Source: Eledone cirrhosa
Taxonomy: Eukaryota
Reading direction: 5' to 3'
Assembly: GCA_964016885.1 (NCBI GenBank)
Contig: OZ024746.1
Coordinates: 85,188,001-85,252,000, forward strand
Length of the DNA stretch: 64,000 nt
Positions within the stretch are counted from its first letter, which is position 1; each line of letters opens with the position of its first letter. Below the pieces are notes generated by a model that saw only the letters and a list, made by a program, of their open reading frames with translations, did not search any database and had not been told where the DNA came from. The position numbers and the translations under genes were made by a program. This document shows, piece after piece, positions 15,195 to 27,152 of this stretch.

Positions 15195-15565
15195 CTAATT
15201 ATGATGGTGTGTAAGATAGGCCTAAGGCCACAAATTCTCGAACATTGGAATAGTCGATTATATTTGATTGTATGATATACATGACAGGTAGTTTATTTTA
15301 TTGACTCCTTTGAAGACCAAAGTCGACCTTGGAGATATTTTAACAGAGAACGTAAAGTGATTTACAGCAATAGTTAATAATACTAAAAATTAATATAAGT
15401 AAAAGGTCAAGCATATTCTTTTTCAGTAGGGATAAAGAATCACTAGATGAGATCAACTCCAGCATAGGATTTTAATAAATGATATAATGAGACATTGTGT
15501 GTACGTATGTATGGTCCTGTAACTTCTGATAGAGTCGTAGGAGCGCCGTATTGACATACAGCATT

Positions 15566-15635
15566 TCATGGGCATTTGAAGTCTGGCGGAGCCCATCTCT
15601 CTCCAGGTTTGGGTGCAGCAGATTTCTTCCAGAAA
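15566..15635 (-). CDS. Candidate terminal coding exon of an unidentified host gene
   Basis: Polypyrimidine acceptor ctctttctctctctcAG. Phase-2 reading gives FWKKSAAPKPGERWAPPDFKCP*. ATTAAA lies ~90 nt downstream (15471-15476). Non-repetitive sequence. Confidence 0.35.
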
Positions 15636-15916
15636 CTGAGAGAGAGAAAGAGATATAGAGGAAGAATCGACCCAGTACTAGACTGGTACTTTTTTATCGA
15701 CATCGAAAAAATGAAGGGCAAAGTTGACCCTAGCGGGATTTGAACTCAGAGAGCAGAGAGCCGGAACTAATACCATAAAGCATTCTATCCGAGGTTCTTA
15801 CGACTCTGCCAATTCGCCGCCTAATGAAACATCCAAACACAGATTTGCTACAGTGATCAAAGCGTTCGAAAATCAAATAAAATACTTTTAGGGATAGAAA
15901 ATATATAGCCACCAGG

Positions 15917-16017
15917 CACTACAGAGAATTGAACTCTTCATCTGTTGAATTCCGGTCAAGTGCGTTACTCTTACATGGCCGGAATTCAAGAGATACACAG
16001 TTCGATTTTCTGTAGTG
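15917..16017 (+). ncRNA. Pre-miRNA-like hairpin (candidate)
   Basis: ~40-bp stem with three G:U wobbles on the + strand, two small internal loops and a ~17-nt loop region. Confidence 0.3.
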
Positions 16018-16319
16018 GCTACTGGCCACATATTATCTGTCCCAAGGTGTATTTTACTCGATTTTCTACTGCTGTGGTTATTGTAACGAATCTGTGTTTG
16101 GATTTCAACATTTCTAATTTCAAATCATCGAAACGCCTCGCTAATTCGTAAGAATATAATGAGACGTAACTAATTACATAAATTGTTTTGTCCAATGTTC
16201 TACGTATTCTCTCACTGAGTGGGAGTTTACAGGCAGAAGCTGAGTGTAGTCGCATTCACTTTTACCATTTTTGTTCCTTTCACCCATCGTTTGGTAAATG
16301 TACTGGAGGAAAAATCTTC

Positions 16320-16770
16320 TCTATACTACTCGCACTTTTTTTTAAGGGGAAGTTGAAAAGGTCGATGAGAGATTCACAGAAGTGGAATGTGTCTGTCTTC
16401 AGACCTCTTCGCCATAGCCACAAGACATAGGAAAACTGCTTGTCCTTCCCTGTGAAAGGCTGGCGGCGGGACAGTCTTCACAATAGATTCAGTCAATAGC
16501 CGGATCCGTCTTACAGATGACACAGGTTTTTAACGTAACTCCACAGGTCAGCAACACACGTGCATGGAACGAGGCATCTCTGACAGTACTTCCATACCTG
16601 TAGAGTTTATCCCCCTCCCCGCCGTAGCACTAGCTGGCCAGATATCTCTAGAAAATATCCATAGCCCCTGAGCTGAAAGTCCTCCGAAGCAGACCAGCCA
16701 GTTCATGCTCGTCGACACCCAGAGCTTCCCCCAAGAAAAACGTCACACTTCCCCACCACTAATCATCTAT
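16320..16770 (-). mobile_element. Decayed Tx1/L1-like LINE fragment
   Basis: ctcttcgccatagccacaagacataggaaaactgc and ccggatccgtc match 11330-11440 and 51410-51520. Confidence 0.7.
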
Positions 16771-16804
16771 AGATTGCTAATGTGGAACTTCATTGATTGC
16801 AATA

Positions 16805-16980
16805 ATAATGGTTTCTGATTTAGGCACAAAGCCAACAATTTGGGGGGGAGGGGAAAGTCGATTAAATCGACCCAGTGCGTTACTGGTACTTTTTTATCAA
16901 CCTAGTAAGGATGAAAGGCAAAACTAACCTCGGCGGGATTGGAACTCAGATCGGAAAAGGACGTAACTCTATGTTCCAAA
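16805..16980 (-). mobile_element. Nin/Deu-domain SINE
   Basis: Family consensus on the reverse strand. Confidence 0.8.
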
Positions 16981-17282
16981 GGATCTTGTTTGAATCTCAT
17001 TATTTGCCATATGGGTGACATTTAAGGGGAAACATTCCAAGGATAGATTATAAAAGAAATTACGTCTTAGTAGGGCGAGACACAGGAATTGAAGTTAATC
17101 ATAAGTCCAATAAATCTATAACTGTTGGCTATCAAGAGACAGTGACTTCTCCCAGTTGTTGCAAAAAATATAGCAGCGACTTCAATATGAAAAAAATAAC
17201 CCGGTAATGAAACTTTGATAAACCAGCTTATCGCACACCACCAAAACTACATACCTGTTTATCTAACGATCTATTACTGTGT

Positions 17283-17465
17283 TCTTCTTCTTCTTCTTCT
17301 TCTTTTTTTTTTCGCCCACTTATTCCTCAGAGGGTCGTGGGGGAAGAGTCCTCACACACTCCCTCCAGCGGGTCATGTCAGAAGCAACCGTCTCTAACTG
17401 ATCCGGCTGGATCCCTAAGCGTGATCAGCCAAGCTCATCGATGTTATCCAACCATCTTGCTCTCC
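17283..17465 (-). mobile_element. RTE-like LINE 3' end with (GAA)n tail
   Basis: Minus translation LGIQPDQLETVASDMTRWRECVR resembles the RTE C-terminal A.DR..WR motif, followed by a GAA repeat. Confidence 0.5.
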
Positions 17466-18677
17466 TTCTACTTTAATATTTCTCTTTAAAGAAACCCATA
17501 ACGTGTGTGTGTGTGTGTGCGTGCGAAGATAGAATTTTACATACCATACCTTGCGTGGGTCAGCTTGTGCGCACGCACACTCACGTCTCTACAATCCCAA
17601 CAGCTGCCAGATTTGTCACGGCCTGATGCACACACACACACACACATGTCCACTCAAAATATACAAGGATTATCTCGATTTCAAAACTTCTCTAGATTCT
17701 AATGACTCTTCTGACCAGCATTTCCCCAAAAATGGGTGACTGAACACTCACGTGCTTTTTTTCAAACATTTTCTTTCCGTTTCCTCCTCTTCTCGCTCAC
17801 CACCATCTTTCTACTTCTTTTATTTCTCCTTTTAAGACCCTTTTCCTATTATAGCAAGCGTCAACCTAAAATACAGGATGACCACAAAAACTCTCCGAAC
17901 TTGATTATCGCATTGATATTTGTCGAGCAACAAAAGGGGCACACATCGAGTGTCTATGATATCAACGAATACCACATGGAACTTTGTTAGCTTATGCAAC
18001 TGTAGCCACCAATATTGTAAGAATATTCATTTAAGTTTTCATATTATAAGAATTTGAAATCAAGGAGTGTTTTTATGGTCACCCTGTATATCTTCATCGT
18101 ACTGTATCGTTTGTTTTGTTGTTTTGCATTTACTTTTTGCATACAGACGTATACATATATTTATAAATGTTTGTTTGTTTTTTTGCGCGCGCGTGTATAT
18201 TTCTTCAATTTCTCGTTCCCAATTTTGTTTCTGCACACAAGAACCTTTCACACACATCCACACCTCTCTTTCTCTCATTCCTTCATTTGTAATATCTTTA
18301 CCCAGCCCTCCCTCTACATTCTCTCACTAAACCTCCCAGCCTCTCACTCTATCAATTTCATATCTTTCAGGGAGTGATTGCTTCATTTAAAGCAGATATT
18401 ACACAGAAGCCGTACCTATATGCTGTGCTTGTAGTATATTCGCTTTCTAATCAGTTCATTTAATTTCATTTCCTTAAAATGTTTATACGTCAGCTTACTG
18501 GACTGCTTTACACTATCAAGTTCGCGTATATCCCGTCTATCTAATGAGAATAAAAAGCGAAGCTCTACCCAGTAAATGTAAATATAACCATAATTTTGAA
18601 GTAACTCTAACACTCAAATATTACTTTACTGTTCTCCCTGTCTGTCCTCATGTAAATAACACACACACATGCATGTG

Positions 18678-18743
<66 letters not shown>

Positions 18744-18961
18744 GAAAGTTAGAGTTAATAACTCATACTGAAACTTTGTAATTAACAAGCTCAAAGTATA
18801 AATACTGAGCATTATAATAATATATGTAGTAAGAAACACAGTAAATCTAATATTACGAGGGCTGAAGAACCACATTTGTTTGAAATATTTAACCATGAAG
18901 CAGGCAGAATGATAAAATTAAATTAAATTATATTATACAAACCGCCTCAATAACTATTATA

Positions 18962-20312
18962 TCTCTCGGACAGATTAGGGATTAATCTGTTTCGCCCTGA
19001 GTGTGTTTGTAACAGATGGCCACCCAGCTCTCTTTCTGCTGAGGAACTGCTTCGCCATGCCGAAGCTCCTCTATACACTCCGCATCGCTCCATGCTACAC
19101 CAAGATATCTCTCCTCGCTGACCTCGATACTTGTATCCGAGCAGCAGCCGAGGGGATATGCAACGTCAAGTTTGACGACATAGGGTGGCAACAGGCCACT
19201 TTACCGGTCAGGTATGGCGGCCTAGGCCTCCGGTCCCCGATCTCACTAGCTCACTAGCGTATCTTCAGTCGGTAACCTCGTGCCGCGTCCTCGTCAGCAG
19301 GGTTCTTCAAAACACAACAGAACCCTCTGTGTTCAGAGAACGTGAGGCCGCCTGTGAGACGTGGGACCGGCTGGGACTTAGCCCAGTAGACGTCCCTCCT
19401 CCTTCTCCCCCTGTTGACGTCAAGTCCCCCCAACGCACTTGGGATGCCATCCAGTGCAGCCTGGCCTCAGACAGGCTCACGCGCCAGCTCGACCAGCACC
19501 GCCTTGCTTGTTTTCGTGCGGCCTCCAAACCCCACAGTGGTGTCTGGCTCCATGCTCTGCCCTCCTTCTCCACTGGCACGCAGCTAGACAACCATAGCCT
19601 GCGAATCGGCGTTTCCTTGAGGCTCGGCCTCCGGATCTGCCAGCCACACCAATGTCGCTGCGGTTCCACCGTGGACTCTTTCGGCCTCCACCCGCTTTCC
19701 TGTCGCCACAGTGCCGGCCGCATTCCACGCTATACTGCCCTCAACGAGATCATTAAGCATGGCTTGGATGCTGCAGGCTTCCCTTCCCAGCTCGAGCCGG
19801 TGGGGCTGGATCGAGGGGACGGCAAAAGGCCAGATGGCATGACCATCTTCCCGTTACGCGGTGGCAAACCACTCGTCTGGGATGCCACTTGCACCGACAC
19901 TTTCTGCAGCCGCAACCTGGTGCAGTCTGCGACTGACCCAGGTTCTGCTGTACGTCGGGCTGAGGGGGCCAAACTCCTCAAATACCGGTCGCTCTCCGAC
20001 AGGTTTGCGGTCGTTCCCCTGGCAGTGGAAACTTCTGGTGTCCTCGGCCCCAGGGTACCTCCTTACTCATCACCATAGGCGCTAAGCTGGCCAGCCGTAG
20101 GTGTGAGCCCCGCGAGTTGGAGTGGCTTTTCCAGCGCGTCTCCCTTGCCGTCCTCCGGGGAAATGTCTTCTCCATTCTGTCCGCCGGGGCTGTGGGTGGG
20201 CCCCATCGCGTACCATTATATTAGTTAAATACCATTCTTTCATCTCATACACATATATATATATGTATGTATGGGTTTACCTATAAAATCCACGGGCATC
20301 ATCAGCGAGAGA
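18962..20312 (-). ncRNA. Type I hammerhead ribozyme split in stem II by a CRE insertion
   Basis: 5' half TCTCTCG-CTGATGA-T-GCCC (20312-20294). 3' half GGGC-GAAA-CAGATTA-atccc-TAATCTG-TC-CGAGAGA (18997-18962). Stems I, II and III are all complementary. Confidence 0.75.
19015..20220 (+). mobile_element. 5'-truncated CRE-clade non-LTR retrotransposon (RT C-terminus, CCHC zinc knuckle, REL endonuclease), frameshifted
   Basis: HPALFLLRNCFAMPKLLYTLR, LPVRYGGLGLR, LRLGL..C..HQCRCG..VD..GLHPLSC, GLDRGDGKRPDGMTIFP..GKPLVWDATCTDT, VPLAVETSGVLGP. Frameshifts near 19250 and 20050. Confidence 0.88.
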
Positions 20313-20824
20313 ATCTGATTAAATGCGACAAACACCTAGTACTAACGTTCACACAGAAAAATGAAATCATCACCTCGTGTGCCATAAGTCAAATGTGGTG
20401 TGAGTGTATTGGTTAGAAATAACAGTCCAACACACGCGACTTAATAAGCTCACCTCTTGATCGTTTCTGGGATGTATATCCCAGAAACGATCGTAAAATG
20501 ATGAATTTTTTAATATAAGAAACTTGTTCTTTGTGTTTATTTCATTGTTTTTATTAATTTATCTTGACTCTGTTTTCCTATGATTTTTATCGTAAATTTT
20601 TGAATGCATCTTCTCTTTTCATGATATCTTCTATATTTGGATTACATTGAGTTCTTCATACGGATTGGACACTACCGTATATTTTGGTAGATTTATCTAC
20701 ATATATATATTTATGAATGTATATATAGTGTATTTTGCAATACACTGTATGCTTAATTAAAAGCATTTTGAAGACCTTATACACTATTGTTTTAAAGTAG
20801 CGACAGTGTCACTTACTTCAATTC

Positions 20825-20911
20825 TCAGCAAACAAGGGGAGATAAGCTGACAGAGCTCTGTTTCGTACTTGTTGGTACTTATCAAAGCTCACCACTCCCC
20901 CTGTTTGCTGA
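20825..20911 (-). ncRNA. Type I hammerhead ribozyme, U3:A8 core variant (family A)
   Basis: GGTGAGCT-TTGATAA-GTAC caacaa GTAC-GAAA-CAG agct CTG-TC-AGCTTATC. Stem I is extended by TCAGCAAACAGGGGGA/TCCCCTTGTTTGCTGA. Confidence 0.8.
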
Positions 20912-21043
20912 AAATTATGAATGTTGGATTCTTATAGAATTCCAGTAACAATTAGGAACTGTTTATACAGAGCGGTTGTCGGTCCAGCAAAAATTGAAAA
21001 TTAGAATTGGTGCTCTGAAATAGCGATATATATATATGAATGT

Positions 21044-21270
21044 TGTGAAGGCGTGTGGCTGAGTGGTTAGAGAATTGGATTCGCAATCGTAAGGTTGTGA
21101 GTTCGATTCCTGGACCACGCGATGCGTTATGTCCTTGAGCAAGACACTTTATTTCACGTTGCTCCTTCTACCTGGAGTTGCGACCGATAGATAGTATTAG
21201 CAATTGGAAAGACCAACGGAAACATTGTTCCCTCGGTCCGATTTGACGAAAGTCGATCGTCTAGAATAAA
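21044..21270 (+). mobile_element. CORE-type SINE inserted in the family A tandem
   Basis: tRNA-like head and gtccttgagcaagacactttatttcac. TSD atatatatgaatgt at 21030-21043 and 21271-21284. Confidence 0.85.
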
Positions 21271-21529
21271 ATATATATGAATGTATATGTAGTGTATTTT
21301 GCAACACACTGTATGCTTAATTAAAAGCATTTTGAAGACCTTACGCTATTGTTTTAAAGTAGCGACAGTGTCACTTACTTCAATTCTCAGCAAACAAGGG
21401 GAGATAAGCTGACAGAGCTATTTCAGAGCGCCAATTTTAATTTTCAATTTTTGCTGGACCGGCAACCGCTCTGTATAATCAGTTCCTGATTATTACTGGA
21501 ATTCTATAAGAATCCAAATTTCATAATTT

Positions 21530-21616
21530 TCAGCAAACAGGGGGAGTGGTGACCTTTGATAAGTACCAACAAGTACGAAACACAGCTCTGTCAGCTTATC
21601 TCCCCTGGTTTGCTGA
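21530..21616 (+). ncRNA. Second family A hammerhead (inverted copy, two stem mismatches)
   Basis: ggtgacct-TTGATAA-gtac caacaa gtac-GAAA-cac agct ctg-TC-agcttatc. Confidence 0.7.
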
Positions 21617-21906
21617 GAATTGAAGTAAGTGACACTGTCGCTACTTTAAAACATTAGCGTAAGGTCTTCAAAATGCCTTTAATTAAGCATACAGTGTATT
21701 GCAAAATACACTATATATACATTCATATATATATCGCTATTTCAGAGCACCAATTCTAATATATATTTATATATACATATATATTTAATATAGAAATGGC
21801 TTCTACAGGACTAAAATTGTTTCATTAGGGAGAAATCATCTGCTATGTATTTAGTACCTTACTTACTGTGGTTACCCCCGATTGAACCCCGATAAACTTA
21901 TACATA

Positions 21907-21970
<64 letters not shown>

Positions 21971-22016
21971 CAATATCGGAGAAAGCTTTTTAGCGATACT
22001 CCTGTATATATATATA

Positions 22017-22079
<63 letters not shown>

Positions 22080-22112
22080 GTGCATGCATGTGTGTGTATA
22101 ATTTGCATATAT

Positions 22113-22194
<82 letters not shown>

Positions 22195-22313
22195 TATATG
22201 TGATTCAGTGAATTACTTGTGGTGGTACAAATATGAGCAGACGACGCACATGCAGAGTGTATATAATAAGATAAACGATGAAGTTTACATGTATTTATAT
22301 TTTTATTGTATAA

Positions 22314-22477
22314 GTTATTCCGAGTTGAATCGGAGGTTACCACAGTAAGTAAAGTACTCAATACATAGCAGAGTATAAAAGTTTTAATATAGAAGAGATT
22401 CTACAGGACTAGAATTGTTTCATCTTTTCTCACGAATGAAACAGTTCTAGTCTTGTAGAATCTCTTCTATATTAAAA
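22314..22477. mobile_element. Family B HHR element, head-to-head fragments
   Basis: Homologous to 24999-25269. Inverted junction near 22428 lies inside stem II, so both HHRs lack the CUGAUGA half. Confidence 0.8.
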
Positions 22478-22496
22478 TATTTTTATCGTGTATAGA

Positions 22497-22576
22497 TCTG
22501 TTACGCGCGTTTCGCTGAAGATTAGCCCATGGAAGTCATGGACCCGACTCCAGTATTGATCTGCTCATCAGACTGA
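22497..22576 (-). ncRNA. Minimal PLE-type hammerhead with long stem II insert
   Basis: tcagt-CTGATGA-GC...GC-GAAA-C gcgc G-TA-acaga. Stem I has one mismatch. Confidence 0.6.
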
Positions 22577-23460
22577 CGATTCAATAAAAAAAAAAAGTGC
22601 TTGTTGAATTTAACAATTCCACCAATCATTACCCCAGTACGTTCTCAACCCCGAGAGAATGAAATAGAGTTGACCACGGCGATGTCTGAATCGAGAGCGC
22701 ACAGAGCCGGAACATATACAAACCATTTATTTCCACGCTCTAATGACCTCTCCAATTATCCACCTAATATATAATTATTTCTAATTGGCCTGTATTTTTA
22801 AATTATTGGGTGGGGGATGAGTGTCATGTTAAATGCTTTTATGCTGGTTGAGCCTTTAATTTTACTGTTCCTTCGTTCTTCTAAAGTTTCTCGGTTTACA
22901 TCACCACCAAAATAATAAGCTTTTGTCTTCGCTGTTCTGTCAACCTACTGCGAAGTAATGCAATTGTAATTGTTTAGCCCTAGGTCAGTTTAGATTACGC
23001 ATGCCTATGATGGAAGAAATTCGCGTAATGGCTATCTCGTCTCTTTACGAGTATGTAAGGCTACTTTATCTGTGTATATCCTTATTTAAGATAGTATTGT
23101 TTCTGTGAGGGAGTTTTGGCTGCCGCTATTATTAGCAGGGTGAGAGACTAATAGAGGCTTCTTTGTTGGGTTATACGGGTGTAGTTGATGTGTTGTGCTG
23201 AGAAATGCTTAGCACTTAACACCAAGAAAGCCAAAGAACTTTCTATATTGACTTCCTGGTGAGAGAAGCTCAACAACCTCTTTATTTCGTAATGCTAAAC
23301 AAAAATGGAAGCTCCTCCCTTGTTTCCTCCTTAAATTCTACACGCGTACAACCTATAGCCTCTTGATTTACAAGATTGCAGTGCGGTAAGATTGTTACTG
23401 AATGTCTTGCTTGGAAACTCCTGCAACTTGAAGTGAAAGATACAAATATACATTATTACC

Positions 23461-23650
23461 GTGGATTGGCAGTATCGGTAGAGGGTCGGACGCCATGCTT
23501 TGACGCATAGAGTTACGGCCCTTGCCATTCTGAGTTCAAATCCCGCCGAGGTTAACTTTGCCTCTCATCCTTACGGGGTCGATAAAATAAAGTACCAGTA
23601 ATGCACTGGGATAATTGCTTGCCTTGTGCCAAACGTAGAAACAATTATTA
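23461..23650 (+). mobile_element. Nin/Deu-domain SINE, near full length
   Basis: A box, B box, central domain and attatt tail. Confidence 0.88.
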
Positions 23651-24244
23651 CCAATTCTCCTACATCAATAGTGGAATACTCTTTTCATTGTTGTACTTAT
23701 TGTTGTTGTTATTGTTGCTTAGCCCCAGTGTAGACCTGATTAAGCAAACCTATAATCATAAGTTCAAGTGATGTAAGAAAGATTAAGTCTCGTAGCAGCA
23801 GCCAACCGCGAAAAAAGGAGGAGAGTTGTATAGAGAGGAGTAAAAATTGCAGCATCAAATCGGTCGGAACAACAAAAACGAAAGGGAGAAAAGTTAAGCA
23901 AGATCTACTACACTGGCTCTGCCAAATATATTCTACAATATCGGCGAGCTTGATCGTGCCAATGTGTTCGGTCTAGTGATAATTAATATACATGGAAAGT
24001 GACTGAATATTCCACAGAAACGTGTGCTTTACACATAAACCTCAAGTAAAATCAGTGTTATAGTGAGAAAGCCGTACACCTGAATTATAGATACAGACCA
24101 TGCAATGGGTTTCCCTGAAGTTTCCGTCTACTCAATTTCTTTGACGTTATGGTAAAAGACTCTTGTCCAATGTGCTCCGCAGTGGGGCGGAACCCACGAT
24201 TATATGATTGTAAAGTGAAATTCTTATGTAATCGGCCCTATATA

Positions 24245-24344
24245 TATCTGTGTGTGTGAGTTTGTGTGTGCTTATGTATATGTATGTAACTCTCTCTACA
24301 TATAGGCGTATATAAATGTATATATATATATGTAATGTGTGTGT

Positions 24345-24437
<93 letters not shown>

Positions 24438-24665
24438 TATGTATATGTATGTAACTCTCTCTACATATAGGCGTATATAAATGTATATATATATATGTAA
24501 TGTGTGTGTGTGTGTGTGTGCTTATGTATATGTATGTAACTTTCTCTCTACATATAGGCGTATATAAATGTATATATATATATGTAATGTGTGTGTGTGT
24601 GTCTGTGCTTATGTATATGTATGTAACTTTCTCTCTATATAGGCGTATATAAATGTATATATATA
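24245..24665. repeat. Higher-order microsatellite repeat (4 copies of a ~65-bp unit separated by (GT)n)
   Basis: gtgcttatgtatatgtatgtaact(t)tctctctacatataggcgtatataaatg is repeated. Confidence 0.85.
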
Positions 24666-24916
24666 TATACAATATGTAGAAAAGATAACACACCAGAGAG
24701 AGAGATAGTGCGCCATCAGTCAAACAGGGGCCTTCCATGGGCTATAGATTCCATACACTGGTGGTTTTTCCCTGTTTGACTGATGGCGCACTCTCTCTCT
24801 CTCTCTCTGGTGTGTTATCTTTTCTACATATTGTATTATAAAGGGCTCGGGAATCCTTCTCCTTTGAGCACATTACTGACAGGGAATAGCGAGAGTCTTT
24901 GGCTCCGTTAATTTAT

Positions 24917-24998
<82 letters not shown>

Positions 24999-25130
24999 GG
25001 TACGTTATTCCGGGTTGAATCGGAGGTAACCACAGTAAGTAAGGTACTCAATACATTGCAGAGTATAAAAGTTTTAATATAGATGAGATTCTACAGGACT
25101 AGAACTGTTTCATTCTTTAGAAATCATCAG

Positions 25131-25183
25131 GAGATTCCTGATGATTTCTAAAGAATGAAACAGTTCTAGTCCTGTAGAATCTC
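25131..25183 (+). ncRNA. Type I hammerhead ribozyme (family B, copy 1)
   Basis: GAGATTC-CTGATGA-tTTC taaa GAAt-GAAA-CAG ttctagtc CTG-TA-GAATCTC. Predicted cleavage after A25176. Confidence 0.85.
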
Positions 25184-25306
25184 ATCTATATTAAAACTTT
25201 TATACTCTGCAATGTATTGAGTACCTTACTTACTGTGGTTACCTCCGATTCAACCCGGAATAACGTACCTTTTAGCACTCTCTGTGCCCCTTATAACCAT
25301 CATCAA

Positions 25307-25359
25307 GAGATTCCTGATGATTTCTAAAGAATGAAACAGTTCTAGTCCTGTAGAATCTC
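25307..25359 (+). ncRNA. Type I hammerhead ribozyme (family B, copy 2, 176 nt downstream)
   Basis: Identical to 25131-25183. Predicted cleavage after A25352. Confidence 0.85.
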
Positions 25360-25579
25360 ATCTATATTAAAACTATATATATATATATATTGGTAAACGG
25401 AATAGAAAATGCTGACAAATTGTTCACAGTTGAAAAATGGTTTAATTAGGAATAAAAGAGTATTAGTAATTGTATGGGTTAGTATTCAGTTGTGGTTTTA
25501 AGTTTTTAAGTTTTTACCGGTTGCGAATTTCTAAATGCTTTTCAAAAATAATTTTGAGACAGAGTGTCCGTGCTGTTTG

Positions 25580-25703
<124 letters not shown>

Positions 25704-26359
25704 GTGTGTGTACATGCGTGTTGACCCACCGTTGGTTCCACCAACCACAGTGTTCCGCGTATTTAAAAAACGGAACTGTTTGCTCCTGAAACTAACATGC
25801 AAGTGGCTAAACATTTCATATATACGTGCAGCATTGGCCCATTTCTCAGGGTGATTCACCATGAAACAGTGTATGACAAGGATGTCTCTTTGAATTATAC
25901 ATAGAGGACTGGGCCCACACGAAATAGAATGTTCTTCTCGATGATGCAACACGACGCCCGGGAAACGAACCTATGACTTTATGATCGTCAGCCGAACACA
26001 CAGTCACGCACTTAAGCCAAGAATCTTCACATTCATATACAATCATAGACACACATGTGCATGTACACAAAATATGAGTGCGAGGAGAGGTGGTCTAAGA
26101 TGGTGTATAGGAAGGGATGAATGGTAACAGCAATGACAAGTAGGGCAGCTAAACTAAATCTTATTGAAAATACTGGCTACAGTTGCTGAATCTATACTGT
26201 CAAGAGCTGCATATTTACAGGGCTTCCTGCAAATCTAACCCCTAGCAACCCCTCATATTCGCCACTTACTAAACGTGGAACATTATTCATTGATGGCAGT
26301 AGTATTTCTATAGAGATCCAGACATCTTCCTGCTTCATGTCATTCTCATTATTTCTCCT

Positions 26360-26406
<47 letters not shown>

Positions 26407-26689
26407 GTGTGTGTTTGTATATATATATATATGTGTGTGTATGTGTGTGTGTGTGTATATATGTGTGTGTATATATATATATGTTTATGTGTATATATAT
26501 GTGTGTGTGTATATATATGTGTGTGTATATATATATATGTGTGTGCGTGTGTGTGTGTGTGTATATATATGTGTGTGTATATATATATATATGTATGTAT
26601 GTGTGTTTGTGTATATGTGTGTGTGTGTGTGTGTTTATATATATGTGTGTGTGTGTATATACATATATATATGTGTGTGTGTGTATATA

Positions 26690-26840
<151 letters not shown>

Positions 26841-26932
26841 ATATGTGTGTGTGTATATATACTCTTCGCCCGCACACATAACACAATACACCAACAGACA
26901 TACTATCCATATATTCATCTACCTCACTCTCA

Positions 26933-27007
<75 letters not shown>

Positions 27008-27098
27008 CTCTCTCGCAGTCCATACAGTATATTTATTTCACTCCTTATCAATCTATCTATCAATCTGTTTGTCTATCTATCTATCTTTCTATCTATCC

Positions 27099-27152
<54 letters not shown>

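Noticed and set aside
18857-18895. CTGAAGA...GAAA on the + strand
   Set aside because: Stems I-III do not pair adequately.
18974-18981. TTAGGG as a telomeric target of the CRE element
   Set aside because: Single hexamer, explained as part of HHR stem/loop III.
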